From the NCBI GenBank assembly GCA_963748015.1, contig CAVVHE010000009.1, positions 544,001-608,000 on the forward strand: 64,000 bases of DNA, in the 5' to 3' direction. Within the stretch, counting starts at the first letter, position 1, and each line of letters starts with the position of its first letter. The stretch comes from Terriglobia bacterium (GTDB taxonomy: Bacteria > Acidobacteriota > Polarisedimenticolia > Polarisedimenticolales > JAIQFR01). The notes under the pieces were generated by a model. It searched no databases and was not told the origin of the DNA. It worked only from the letters and a program-made list of their open reading frames with translations. The position numbers were made by a program, and so were the translations under genes. Shown here piece after piece: positions 33,181 to 42,173 of this stretch.

Positions 33181-34014
33181 TCAGAACTCCATGGCCTCGA
33201 TGGCTTCCACGATCTTCCCGACGTTGCAGGCGTAGAAGCCAGCGGAATTGAAATTGTTGATCTCGATGACCTTCGGGCCCTCGGGGGTTTCGGCAATGTC
33301 GATGACGAAGGCCCTGGCGGGCTGCCAGCGGTTCACCATCTTCTCGGCGAACTCCAGGACGTGAGGCGGAATCTCGTCGGAGTAGAGCACCTGGGAGCCC
33401 AAGCGATAGCGGCTGCCGGTGACGATCCGGCCATCCACAACGAAGAACCGGAACTCCCCGAGGATCTCCACGCAGGAGGCCACGGCCACTTCCAGATCGG
33501 TGCCGAATCGGCCCGAGTTCTCAGCCTCTTCCATGCGGGCGGCAGCCCACTTGTCCACCTCGCCAACCTGAAGGACGATGCCGGTGAACGCCTTGTCGTC
33601 GTCGCAGGGGCGGACGAAGATGGGGAACTCGGCATCCCCGAAGAGAGACGAGAGCCTGTTCAGCGGAATGATGTCGAATGCGCTGAGGAGTTCGTGGCCG
33701 AAGTTGCGGACCCAGGCACGGACATGGAAGTTCTCATTGATGAAGCTGCCGGGAACCCAGCCACGCTCGGCGGCGACACGGGCGAGGGCGATGGCCCCAC
33801 ACACCATGACCAGGCCGTCCCCGGTAGGAAACACGGGCTCGGGGTAGTTCTCTACATCCTCGATGGTGTTGAGGTCCACGTTCGCGGGGGCGAGACGCCG
33901 GAGGAAGGGTAGGAACCTGACCTCCAGGTGCGGGATGCCCCCACGCTCGAGGGCGGCGAGAAGATCCCGCTGGCCCTGTTCATCGTAGAGGTTCTCCTGG
34001 ACGACCCAGAACAT
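33181..34014 (-). CDS. ATP-grasp domain protein (DUF4343/R2K-like)
   Basis: IFVRPCDDDKAFTG, EFRFFVVDG, FVIDIA...KVIEIN...SAGFY. Confidence 0.8.
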   Translation of the reverse strand: MFWVVQENLYDEQGQRDLLAALERGGIPHLEVRFLPFLRRLAPANVDLNTIEDVENYPEPVFPTGDGLVMVCGAIALARVAAERGWVPGSFINENFHVRAWVRNFGHELLSAFDIIPLNRLSSLFGDAEFPIFVRPCDDDKAFTGIVLQVGEVDKWAAARMEEAENSGRFGTDLEVAVASCVEILGEFRFFVVDGRIVTGSRYRLGSQVLYSDEIPPHVLEFAEKMVNRWQPARAFVIDIAETPEGPKVIEINNFNSAGFYACNVGKIVEAIEAMEF

Positions 34015-34127
34015 CGCTTCCCCTTCTTACGGTCGATGATGGCGATGGCGACTCGGGTCACCGACTCACAGCGGATGATGGAGGCGATCATCGGGCCGAG
34101 TCCGCCATCCGTCGAGTCGTAGATGGA

Positions 34128-34346
34128 GCATAGCGCAGTCATTCTGCGCTTTCGGTCCCGGGTCCGAGAAGGGGAACTTGTGTCAACTCGCCTCCCGACC
34201 CAGAAACCAGCGCCCAAACGCGTTCTCCTCCCGGTGCCCGGGTGAAAACAACTTGTTCGCCGAGGAGTCGCGACGAGGGCGGGCGCGGCGGGAGACCGAG
34301 GCATTCGAGGATGGCCCGGATGGCCTCGGGCGACTGGATCGCCGCC
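34128..34346 (-). mobile_element. IS91/ISCR remnant, copy B: degenerate oriIS end plus transposase C-terminal fragment
   Basis: Minus strand encodes AAIQSPEAIRAILECLGLPPRPP, typical of the IS91-family transposase C-terminus. Shares TTCTCCTCCCGGTGCCCGGGTGAAAACAA with copy E. Confidence 0.72.
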
Positions 34347-34427
34347 CCGGGCGCACGTTTCGCCCATGACGCCCGCCTGACACCGCGCGGAGCTGGGCTA
34401 TCATTGGACCGAAGCGGGGGTGCGGCG

Positions 34428-34664
34428 ATGGACGTGGAGCGCGAGTACCGCGCGCGGGTCGACGCCATGAGCGTCGTCGAGCGGGTCGGCAGGGCCGAAG
34501 CGCTCTTCAAATGGTCGCGCGATTTCCTCGTGCGGTCGATCCTCGAGGCTCGCGGGCCGCTGTCCGGGCGGGAACTCGCCCGGGAGCTCGCACTCCGGCA
34601 GTACGGTTCGGACCCCGCGGCGCGGCAATGGATCGAGGAGCTGCGAACCCATGCGGCGCGATGA
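34428..34664 (+). CDS. Small helical protein, putative antitoxin (MenA1/Rv0078B-like)
   Basis: 78 aa, MSVVERV...ELARELALRQYG. Overlaps the downstream nucleotidyltransferase. Confidence 0.55.
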   Translation: MDVEREYRARVDAMSVVERVGRAEALFKWSRDFLVRSILEARGPLSGRELARELALRQYGSDPAARQWIEELRTHAAR

Positions 34665-35226
34665 GGGATTCCAGCCGACCCTCCGAAAGCTCGTGTCCCT
34701 GCTCGACCGGTTCGGCATCCGGTTCCACCTCACGGGAGGCATCGCTTCCGTCGCCTACGGGGAGCCCCGCCTCACCCAAGACATCAACCTGGTGGTCGAC
34801 GCGAAGCGCCTGATCGCCGTCGAGTCGGATTTCGTCGCCGCCCTCTCGGATGCGGGATTCGTGTTCAGCGAGGCGACGGTGCACCGGTCGATCGCGTCGG
34901 GCGGGATGTTCCAGCTTCTGGAACCCGATGAGGTGGTGAAGCTCGACATCTATACCCGATGCCTGATCCCGGGGGAGTTGGAACGATCGGTGCGCGCCGA
35001 GATCTTCCCGGGCATGTCGGTGCCCCTCGTCGCTCGCACCGACGCAGCGCTCTCCAAGTTGATCTGGATCAGCCGGGGAAGCCATCGGAGCCGGCGCGAC
35101 CTGCGCTGGATCTTCGCCGGAGCGAATCCCGAGGAACTGGCCACCGTGCGTGTCGCGGCTCGGGACATGAACCTCGGAGAGCTCCTCGATCAGACGCTCG
35201 ACGAGTCGGACGAGATCGAACGATAG
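34651..35226 (+). CDS. Nucleotidyltransferase-like protein (MenT/AbiEii-like)
   Basis: LTGGIASVAYGEPRLTQDINLVV, C-terminal LSKL...RRDL. Confidence 0.7.
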   Translation: MRRDEGFQPTLRKLVSLLDRFGIRFHLTGGIASVAYGEPRLTQDINLVVDAKRLIAVESDFVAALSDAGFVFSEATVHRSIASGGMFQLLEPDEVVKLDIYTRCLIPGELERSVRAEIFPGMSVPLVARTDAALSKLIWISRGSHRSRRDLRWIFAGANPEELATVRVAARDMNLGELLDQTLDESDEIER

Positions 35227-35242
35227 CCGCGCGTGGGGGCTC

Positions 35243-35353
35243 GGAAGTTCAAGCTGAGAAACGGCGATCCATGTCCGGGAAGGGGGCCTGGTGTCAACCC
35301 GCCTCCCGGCCCGGAAACCATCGCCCGAACGCGTTCTCGTCCCGGCGCCCGGG
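35243..35353 (-). mobile_element. IS91/ISCR oriIS-like end, copy C (111 bp)
   Basis: 106/111 identical to 41629-41739 by manual alignment. Confidence 0.75.
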
Positions 35354-35642
35354 GAACCATGACGGGCGGGTCAGCGAACAGGAGTTCGAGAACGACCGGG
35401 TGGTTCAGGAGTACTACCGAAAGCTAAGGGCCGGCACCGGGAAGACTCGATAGATCGTCCCGCCGCCCCCCTTCCGCGCCTTGACGTGGTCGATCCCGTA
35501 GCCGGGGCAGCGGCCGCTGGTCGGCAATAACGGACCATCTGCTTCCCCTTTCTTGCCAAGCCGGAACTCGCCGGCCAATTTTCACTTGACTCGCGCCTCC
35601 CGGTCCCGTACGTAGGGTGTGTACACCCATTCGAGGGCTCCC

Positions 35643-35768
35643 ATGTGAAAAGTCGCGGTGTGCCTCGGGCTCCTCGCGGCGGTGGTGTGGTTCGCAGTTC
35701 CAGCCGTGCAAGCTCGCGATCTCACGTTTGAGGAGCGGGTAGCAGCGCTGGAGGCAATCGGGGGCTGA
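35643..35768 (+). pseudogene. Remnant 5' end of a secreted-protein gene (signal peptide + LTFEERV motif)
   Basis: ATG-TGA followed by KVAVCLGLLAAVVWFAVPAVQARDLTFEERVAALEAIGG*. Confidence 0.45.
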
Positions 35769-35769
35769 C

Positions 35770-38700
35770 GTGAGGCGATCAGCGACACAGCGAAACCCAC
35801 ATCGGAGGCCCGTGCACAGCTGGGCGTCGGGTGTCGCGGCCCTCGTCATTTTCGTCGCGGGTTATCTCCAACCTGTCCTCGCTGACGAACTCGCGCAGTG
35901 CAGCGGCGGCCTCGACGGGACCCTCGTCGTGGGCGAGCGGTGGACGACCACGAGCGGGCGCACGGGTCCGGGAGGAACCGGACGCGACGACGCGCTCTAC
36001 GAGTTCCAGGCCCAGGGCGGAGCGACGTACGCGTTTACCCTGTGCGAGGAGGGTGGCAACGCGACGTTTCAGGCGATGCTCGCCGTCCACGGCCCCGGCT
36101 GCGTCGGCGCGCCGCTGACCGCTGGCGCCGCGTCGTGCGGGTCGCGCTCGCGCCTCGAGTGGACCGCGCCGACGTCGGGAACCTACGTGTTGCAGATCGC
36201 GGGGCCCTCGGACACGGCGGGTGGGTTCACCCTCGCGTACCGCTCCCAGGGGCAGCCGAGTCGAGGCGTGGTCGTGGCTCCTGCGGACGAGCCCAGCACG
36301 CGGGGACTGGTCGTCTCCCCTTCGCGGGGCATCGAGGCGGCCGTGATTCGAGGTGGGTCGCCCGGATTCGAAGGGCGCGAGTACGTGCTGTCGAACACCA
36401 CGGACGGACCGATCGAATGGCGGGTCTCCGCCACGCAACCTTGGCTGAGTATCGACTCGGGAGACGGCGCCGCGGAGTCGACGGGCGGGCTGCTCCACGC
36501 GGGAGAGAGCAGGACCGTTCGGGTCCTGGTCAACGAAGGCGTCGCGGGTCTTCCGTCGGGCGACTATCGGGACGCCGTGACCATCGAGCGCCTCCACGAG
36601 CCGGACGCGGTGAGTACCCTGCCGGCGGAGCTCAGCGTGCTCGAGCCCGGGGCGATCTCCCCGTCCGACGCGATCGTGGTCGCGACCACGGTGAACTACA
36701 CCGGTCGCAACGTGTGGCTCGCGCGCGTGAGCCGCGGCGGCAGCCGCGTCTGGCAGCGGACTCTCTCCCTCGCGCCTTACTATCTCCAGGAATACAACGG
36801 CTCCCGCAGCCAGCCGGAGGATGCCCTCTACCTTCTCACCGGGGTCGAGAACAAGGCCGGCGGGAAGATCCGACTCCAGAAGTACGACGGCCTCGGGAAT
36901 CGCGTTTGGGACGCTCCGGTCTCCGCAGACGCCTGGAACGTATCGGCCAGCGTCAAGGACGGCGGCGCGTACGTCAGCGACACGCACACGGGCGTGTACC
37001 GAATCGACTCGGACGGCCACGTTGTATGGGGCCCGAAGGACTGGGGACATCCCGATGCATCGGGCGGGGGGTGGTGGGTCGCGGCGGACCCGTACACGGG
37101 CGGCTTGTTCGCGGCGCATTACCCAAGCGGGACCGTCCTCAAGGCCGATCACGACGGGAACGTCCTCTGGTCGAGGACGATGAACTGGGTCGTCCGCGTC
37201 GACGCGAACCCGCTCGACGGGGGCGTTTACGTCGCGTGGGGAGGGAGCAGCGGCAGGACGACCTCGCGTCTCGGGAACCTCGGCGAGCTTTTCTGGTCCC
37301 GAGACGACTTTCCCGAGAATTCCTTCCAGAGAGAGCGCGGCGTCTTTCCCTCGGACGGCTCGCTCGTGATAGGCGCCGGCCGACGGGTCGGTCGGCTGGC
37401 CGCCGACGGAACGGCGCTCTGGTCCGTCCAGAGCGACGACAACCAGGGGCACGCGTGGGGGAACCTGGCGATCGCTCCGGACATCGAGATGGACGAGTTC
37501 TACACCGCCGACGCCGGGTTGACCCAGGGATTGAGCCGCTTCCGCGGCTCGGACGCGTCCCTGCTCTGGCACTTCGATCCCGGCTACTTCCCGGTCGCCT
37601 GGGGAGGCAACTTCTACCGGGTGTTCACCGGCATCGTCCCGATGAGCGGCCTCTGGTTGGAGCCCCAGGACGGCCTCGACGTCTCCGGGGAACAGGGTGG
37701 CCCGTTCTCCGCGACGACGAAGGAGTACACCCTCTTCAACCGCTCGAGCGGGCCGACCGCATGGTCGGCCTCGCCGAGCCGGCCTTGGGTGAGCCTGGAC
37801 GCCGGCGCCGGGCCCGCGGACGGGCTCGTCTCCGGGGTGCTCGCTCCGGGGGAGCTGATCACCATCCGTGTCTCCCTGAACGACGAGGCGGCGAGGCTCG
37901 ATCCGGGAGACTACAGGGACACCGTCGTTTTCCGCGACGAGAGCGCCGGGTCGGACATTGCTTCGCGCGGTGTGCGGTTGACGGTCCGTCGGCCCGGCGT
38001 GATGTACGACGACGCGTTCGATCGGGCGGACGGTCCGGTCGGCAACGGATGGTCGACCTGGTGGGGACATGAATCTCCATCGTCGCGCGTCGTGATCGAG
38101 GGCGGCGAGGTGAGCATGCCCGGGTACTACTCCGACGGCGCCGGGATCTACCGCTCACAGGCCGTCGAGTTTCCCCTCGACTTCTCGTTCGACTACCACA
38201 CCCACGAGCCGCGGGGCACCCCCGCCAACCCGAATGTCGCAGGCTGGTTCGTCCTGCTCAACGGGACGGCGGGACGGAATCCGTATTACGGACACGCGCA
38301 GCTCCTCATCCGGCAGTCCTCGGGATCGCTCGGAATCGAGCGCCAGTATCACAACAGGGACGGGATCATGTGGTTCGCGCCGACCGCGACGGCGCCGGGA
38401 CTTCGCGATTTCGGTCCCGACGCGAAGGCGCACGTCGAGGGGATGATCCGCCGCGACCTCGGCGGTGTGATCCGGATCTGGTACCGCGACGGGCTGGAGC
38501 CGGACCCGGTCGTCGTCCCCCTGAGCCCCGTGAGCGACGCCGACCCGGTCCCCCCGGGCTCCACCCTGACGATCGGGACGCCGAGCTATAAAGCGGGTCC
38601 GCACTATTTCGACAACTTCGAGGTGCGCAAGGCGCACCTTCTGGTCGAGCCCCTCGACGGCGTCCGGGCGTGGAGCATCGGGGGCGCGCCCATCGAGGAC

Positions 38701-41616
38701 GGGTCGCGGACCTACACGCTACGCAACACGTCCGGCGAGCCTTTGACGTACTCCGTATCGGCGTCGCAGGCCTGGATCCGGTTGGACTCCGGGAACGGAC
38801 CTAGCGACTCCCCTCTGTCGGGGACGATCTCGCCTCGCGGGAGCGCGACCGTCACGGTGCTCGTTGATCCGGCGGCGCTGCTGCTGCCGAAGGGGGAGCG
38901 AGACGAGGCCGTCACCTTCGCCAGCGTCGCGGACGGCGACGGCGACACCTCGCGCACCGTGAAGCTCTTCCTCGTGGACGAGCCGGGGATCTTCGTCGAC
39001 GACGACGACACGGGCGCGATCTCGGACGGAACCATCGCGCATCCCTTCCGCAGGGTGCAGAGCGCCGTGGACGTCGCCGATCTCGAAAGCGGCCCGATCT
39101 ACGTGCTGACCGGCACCTACGACGAGGGCGTCACGATCAGAACCTGCTGCGTCTCGCTGGTGGGCATGGGGGAGGGAAAGAGCGTGCTGCAGGGCAGCAC
39201 GTTCGAGGGAGCGGTGGTCTACCTCGACCGGACCTCCGACGTGACCCTCCGAGACCTGGATCTCGTCGGGGGCAGGTACGGCGTCCGGGCGCGCTGGACC
39301 CAGCGCACTTCGCTCTCCTCGCTCCGCATTCACGGCCTAGGGTCGTCGGGCAGCAGCGTCTCGTACGGAATCTGGCTGGACGGCGGCGGCGACAACCACG
39401 TCGATTCCTGCGAGATCTTCGACATCGGCTCCGGTGGGACCGGATGGGGCTGGAACCGCGGGGCCGGCGTCTATCTCGACCAGGGGGAGGCGGACGTCCG
39501 GAACTGCCGCATCCACGACATCTCGTCCGCCGTCGCGAACGTCACCGGCATCGCTGCGTTCAACGCCTCGGGGGCAGTGCTCGAGAACAACGAGATCCGG
39601 TCGATCCACGCGAGCGGCTCCTACTACCCCAGCGACGCGATCGGCATCGAGATCCAGGACGGCGACGACGTGACGGTGAGTCGCAACGTCCTCTCCGACA
39701 TCGTGTCGCAGTACCGGAGGGCCATGGGGATCTGGGGTTCGCGGCACGACGGCGCCGCGATCTCTGGCAACCGGATCGGCGCGATGTCGGGACGCACCCT
39801 GGCCGCCGGCATCATCCTCGGCTTGCAGTCCGGGGACCCGCTCTTCCACGCGCTCGTCGAGGACAACGACGTCGGCCTCTCGACGATCCCCGGGGGCCTC
39901 GGAACCGGGATTCGAGTCGACGACCTGCAGGTCGTCGTGAGGGGGAACTCGGTCCACGACGGCGCGGAAGGCATCGTGCTCTCCGATGCCGACCCGTCGT
40001 CGGTCAAGGGGAGCATAGTCCGGGCCAACCGGGTCGTCGGGAACCGCGGCGCCGGTCTTTCGCTGAGCAGCTCCGGTAACACCGTGTACGCGAACGAGTT
40101 CGGGATCAACGGGGTGGGCGTTCGGGTCGAAGCCGCCTCGGTGGGCGGAAACACGATCTACCACAACGACTTCCTCGGCAACGACTTCCAGGCGTCGGAC
40201 CCGACGGGCGGGGCCAACCTATGGTTCGAGCCCGCGTCCTACACGGGCAACTTCTGGTCGGACTACCGCGGGTCGGATGACGGGAGCGGAACGGGCAAGC
40301 ACGCGATCGCGGGGGACTGGATCGGCGACACGATGATCCCTCATCCGAGTGCTGGATTCGACGACGCGCCGTTCACCGTGCAGGACGGCTGGCTGCGCCC
40401 CACGGCCGTGTGTCCATCGGCGGTGGAGTGGGCGTGCACGGGCAACGCCTCGGGAGCGGGGACTCTCGACGGCGCCTCCAGCGTGGATCCGTCCTGCGAA
40501 GACCTGTGGTATCGATGGTCGTCGGATCGCTGCCTTCTGGACGAGCCCCTGGCCGCGACGACCCGGGCCTCCTGCCCGGTGGGCGTCGGGGGCGTGCAGT
40601 TCGTCGTCGGTGACTCCCGTTTCGAGTCCGCGCCGTGCGTGACCGAGGTTCGCGTCGTCGACACGACGCCGCCTTCGATCACCTGCCCGGCTTCCGTCAC
40701 CGCCGAGTGCCAGTCCGCCGGCCAAGCCCACGTAGCGCTGGTGAAAGCGATGGCCTCCGATTCCTGCTATGGCTCGGCCGCAATCACGAACAGCTGGACA
40801 TCCAATGGCGCCGATGCCTCCGGCACGTACCCGCTTGGTGCGACCGTCGTCACCTTCACCGCGACCGACGGCTCGGGAAATCAGGCGATCTGCCAGACGA
40901 CGGTCACCGTGCGGGACACGATCGCGCCGGTCGTTACCGCCGTCGCCAGTCCGAACGTCCTTTGGCCGCCGAATCACAAGATGTCCACGGTGAACACGAC
41001 GGTGGTCGCCACAGATGCGTGCGATCCCTCGCCCTCGCTCGTGCTCCTTTCCGTCACTTCGAGCGAACCCGACGACGCTCCAGGGATCGGCGATGGCAAT
41101 ACAACCGATGACATCCAGGACGCATCGCTCGGCACCCCGGATTTCCAGGTTCTCCTCCGCGCCGAGCGGGATGCAGACAGCCCGGGGCGCACGTACACGA
41201 TCGCGTACCAGGTGTCCGACCATTCGGGAAACGCGGCCTTCGCGACCACGGTAGTCATGGTGCCGCACGACATGGGGCAGGGCGTCGAGCCGCTCAACCT
41301 CGTCATGGAGGACTCGAGCAGCACGGTCCTGATCTGGGGACCGGTCGATGGCGCCCGCCACTACGACATTATCCGCGGCGACCTGGCGAGCCTCAGGGTC
41401 GATGGCTCGAACATCGATCTCGGCCAGGTGGTCTGCATCGCGGCGGACACCACGGCCACGACGACGACCGGCTACGAAGACACCGCGATCCCAGAGCCCG
41501 GCCAGGTCTTCTTCTATGCCGTGCAGTACAACGACGGGACGCAGGATAGTTCCTACGGCTCGGAGTCAGCGGGGAGACCTCGCGTCGTTCCGCCTGGCGG
41601 CGGAGACTGCCAGTAG
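35770..41616 (+). CDS. 1948-aa secreted multidomain protein (BACON-like Ig repeats, beta-propeller, right-handed beta-helix/NosD, HYR, WPPNH domain)
   Basis: Signal-like N-terminus, three YxLxNxxxxPxxW/YxxS...PWxxLD repeats, DGTIAHPFRRVQ + beta-helix, GNFWSDY, DTTPPSITCP...YPLGATVVTFTATD (HYR), LWPPNHKM. Confidence 0.8.
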   Translation: MRRSATQRNPHRRPVHSWASGVAALVIFVAGYLQPVLADELAQCSGGLDGTLVVGERWTTTSGRTGPGGTGRDDALYEFQAQGGATYAFTLCEEGGNATFQAMLAVHGPGCVGAPLTAGAASCGSRSRLEWTAPTSGTYVLQIAGPSDTAGGFTLAYRSQGQPSRGVVVAPADEPSTRGLVVSPSRGIEAAVIRGGSPGFEGREYVLSNTTDGPIEWRVSATQPWLSIDSGDGAAESTGGLLHAGESRTVRVLVNEGVAGLPSGDYRDAVTIERLHEPDAVSTLPAELSVLEPGAISPSDAIVVATTVNYTGRNVWLARVSRGGSRVWQRTLSLAPYYLQEYNGSRSQPEDALYLLTGVENKAGGKIRLQKYDGLGNRVWDAPVSADAWNVSASVKDGGAYVSDTHTGVYRIDSDGHVVWGPKDWGHPDASGGGWWVAADPYTGGLFAAHYPSGTVLKADHDGNVLWSRTMNWVVRVDANPLDGGVYVAWGGSSGRTTSRLGNLGELFWSRDDFPENSFQRERGVFPSDGSLVIGAGRRVGRLAADGTALWSVQSDDNQGHAWGNLAIAPDIEMDEFYTADAGLTQGLSRFRGSDASLLWHFDPGYFPVAWGGNFYRVFTGIVPMSGLWLEPQDGLDVSGEQGGPFSATTKEYTLFNRSSGPTAWSASPSRPWVSLDAGAGPADGLVSGVLAPGELITIRVSLNDEAARLDPGDYRDTVVFRDESAGSDIASRGVRLTVRRPGVMYDDAFDRADGPVGNGWSTWWGHESPSSRVVIEGGEVSMPGYYSDGAGIYRSQAVEFPLDFSFDYHTHEPRGTPANPNVAGWFVLLNGTAGRNPYYGHAQLLIRQSSGSLGIERQYHNRDGIMWFAPTATAPGLRDFGPDAKAHVEGMIRRDLGGVIRIWYRDGLEPDPVVVPLSPVSDADPVPPGSTLTIGTPSYKAGPHYFDNFEVRKAHLLVEPLDGVRAWSIGGAPIEDGSRTYTLRNTSGEPLTYSVSASQAWIRLDSGNGPSDSPLSGTISPRGSATVTVLVDPAALLLPKGERDEAVTFASVADGDGDTSRTVKLFLVDEPGIFVDDDDTGAISDGTIAHPFRRVQSAVDVADLESGPIYVLTGTYDEGVTIRTCCVSLVGMGEGKSVLQGSTFEGAVVYLDRTSDVTLRDLDLVGGRYGVRARWTQRTSLSSLRIHGLGSSGSSVSYGIWLDGGGDNHVDSCEIFDIGSGGTGWGWNRGAGVYLDQGEADVRNCRIHDISSAVANVTGIAAFNASGAVLENNEIRSIHASGSYYPSDAIGIEIQDGDDVTVSRNVLSDIVSQYRRAMGIWGSRHDGAAISGNRIGAMSGRTLAAGIILGLQSGDPLFHALVEDNDVGLSTIPGGLGTGIRVDDLQVVVRGNSVHDGAEGIVLSDADPSSVKGSIVRANRVVGNRGAGLSLSSSGNTVYANEFGINGVGVRVEAASVGGNTIYHNDFLGNDFQASDPTGGANLWFEPASYTGNFWSDYRGSDDGSGTGKHAIAGDWIGDTMIPHPSAGFDDAPFTVQDGWLRPTAVCPSAVEWACTGNASGAGTLDGASSVDPSCEDLWYRWSSDRCLLDEPLAATTRASCPVGVGGVQFVVGDSRFESAPCVTEVRVVDTTPPSITCPASVTAECQSAGQAHVALVKAMASDSCYGSAAITNSWTSNGADASGTYPLGATVVTFTATDGSGNQAICQTTVTVRDTIAPVVTAVASPNVLWPPNHKMSTVNTTVVATDACDPSPSLVLLSVTSSEPDDAPGIGDGNTTDDIQDASLGTPDFQVLLRAERDADSPGRTYTIAYQVSDHSGNAAFATTVVMVPHDMGQGVEPLNLVMEDSSSTVLIWGPVDGARHYDIIRGDLASLRVDGSNIDLGQVVCIAADTTATTTTGYEDTAIPEPGQVFFYAVQYNDGTQDSSYGSESAGRPRVVPPGGGDCQ

Positions 41617-41623
41617 ACTCGGG

Positions 41624-41739
41624 CGATAGGAAGTTCAAGCTGCGAAACGGCGATCCATGTCCGGGAAGGGGGCCTGGTGTCAACCCGCCTCCCGGCCCGG
41701 AAACCACCGCCCGAACGCATTCTCTTCCCGGTGCCCGGG
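41624..41739 (-). mobile_element. IS91/ISCR oriIS-like end, copy D (best-preserved terminus)
   Basis: Minus strand ends ...GCTTGAACTTCCTATCG, resembling the ISCR oriIS motif (TTGAACTTCCTAT, recalled from memory). Confidence 0.75.
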
Positions 41740-41740
41740 A

Positions 41741-42160
41741 TCTCGGTGCTCGAGGCCAGCTACATCGCCTTCCGGCTCCGTCCGTTCGTCGCGAACCCGA
41801 ACAAGCGCCTCGTAAAGACGCCCAAGCTGTTCTTCTACGACACGGGGCTGCTCTGCTGTCTGCTCGGGATCCGGCACCCCGAACAGATCCGGACGCACCC
41901 ATTGCGCGGCGCGATCTTCGAGACCTGGGTTGCGTCCGAGATCCTCAAGGCGCGCCCACCGCGGCCTGCCGCCGGGGCTGCTGTTCTACCGGGACCGCAA
42001 CGGCACGGAGGTCGACCTTCTCGTGGAACGCGGGGGCGCCCTCGTCGCCCTGGAGGCGAAGTCGAGCCGCACGGTGGCCGGAGACTTCTTCGCCGGACTC
42101 GAGAAATTCGCCGTGCTCGCGGCGTCCCAGAAGCGCATGCCACCCTTACGGCAGGTCTTG
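41741..42160 (+). pseudogene. C-terminal fragment of an AAA+ ATPase with DUF4143 domain, frameshifted
   Basis: KRLVKTPKLFFYDTGL...GAIFET, frameshift near 41953, then FYRDRNGTEVDLL...EAKS. No start; begins right after repeat D. Confidence 0.8.
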
Positions 42161-42173
42161 CTCGGTCTCACCT

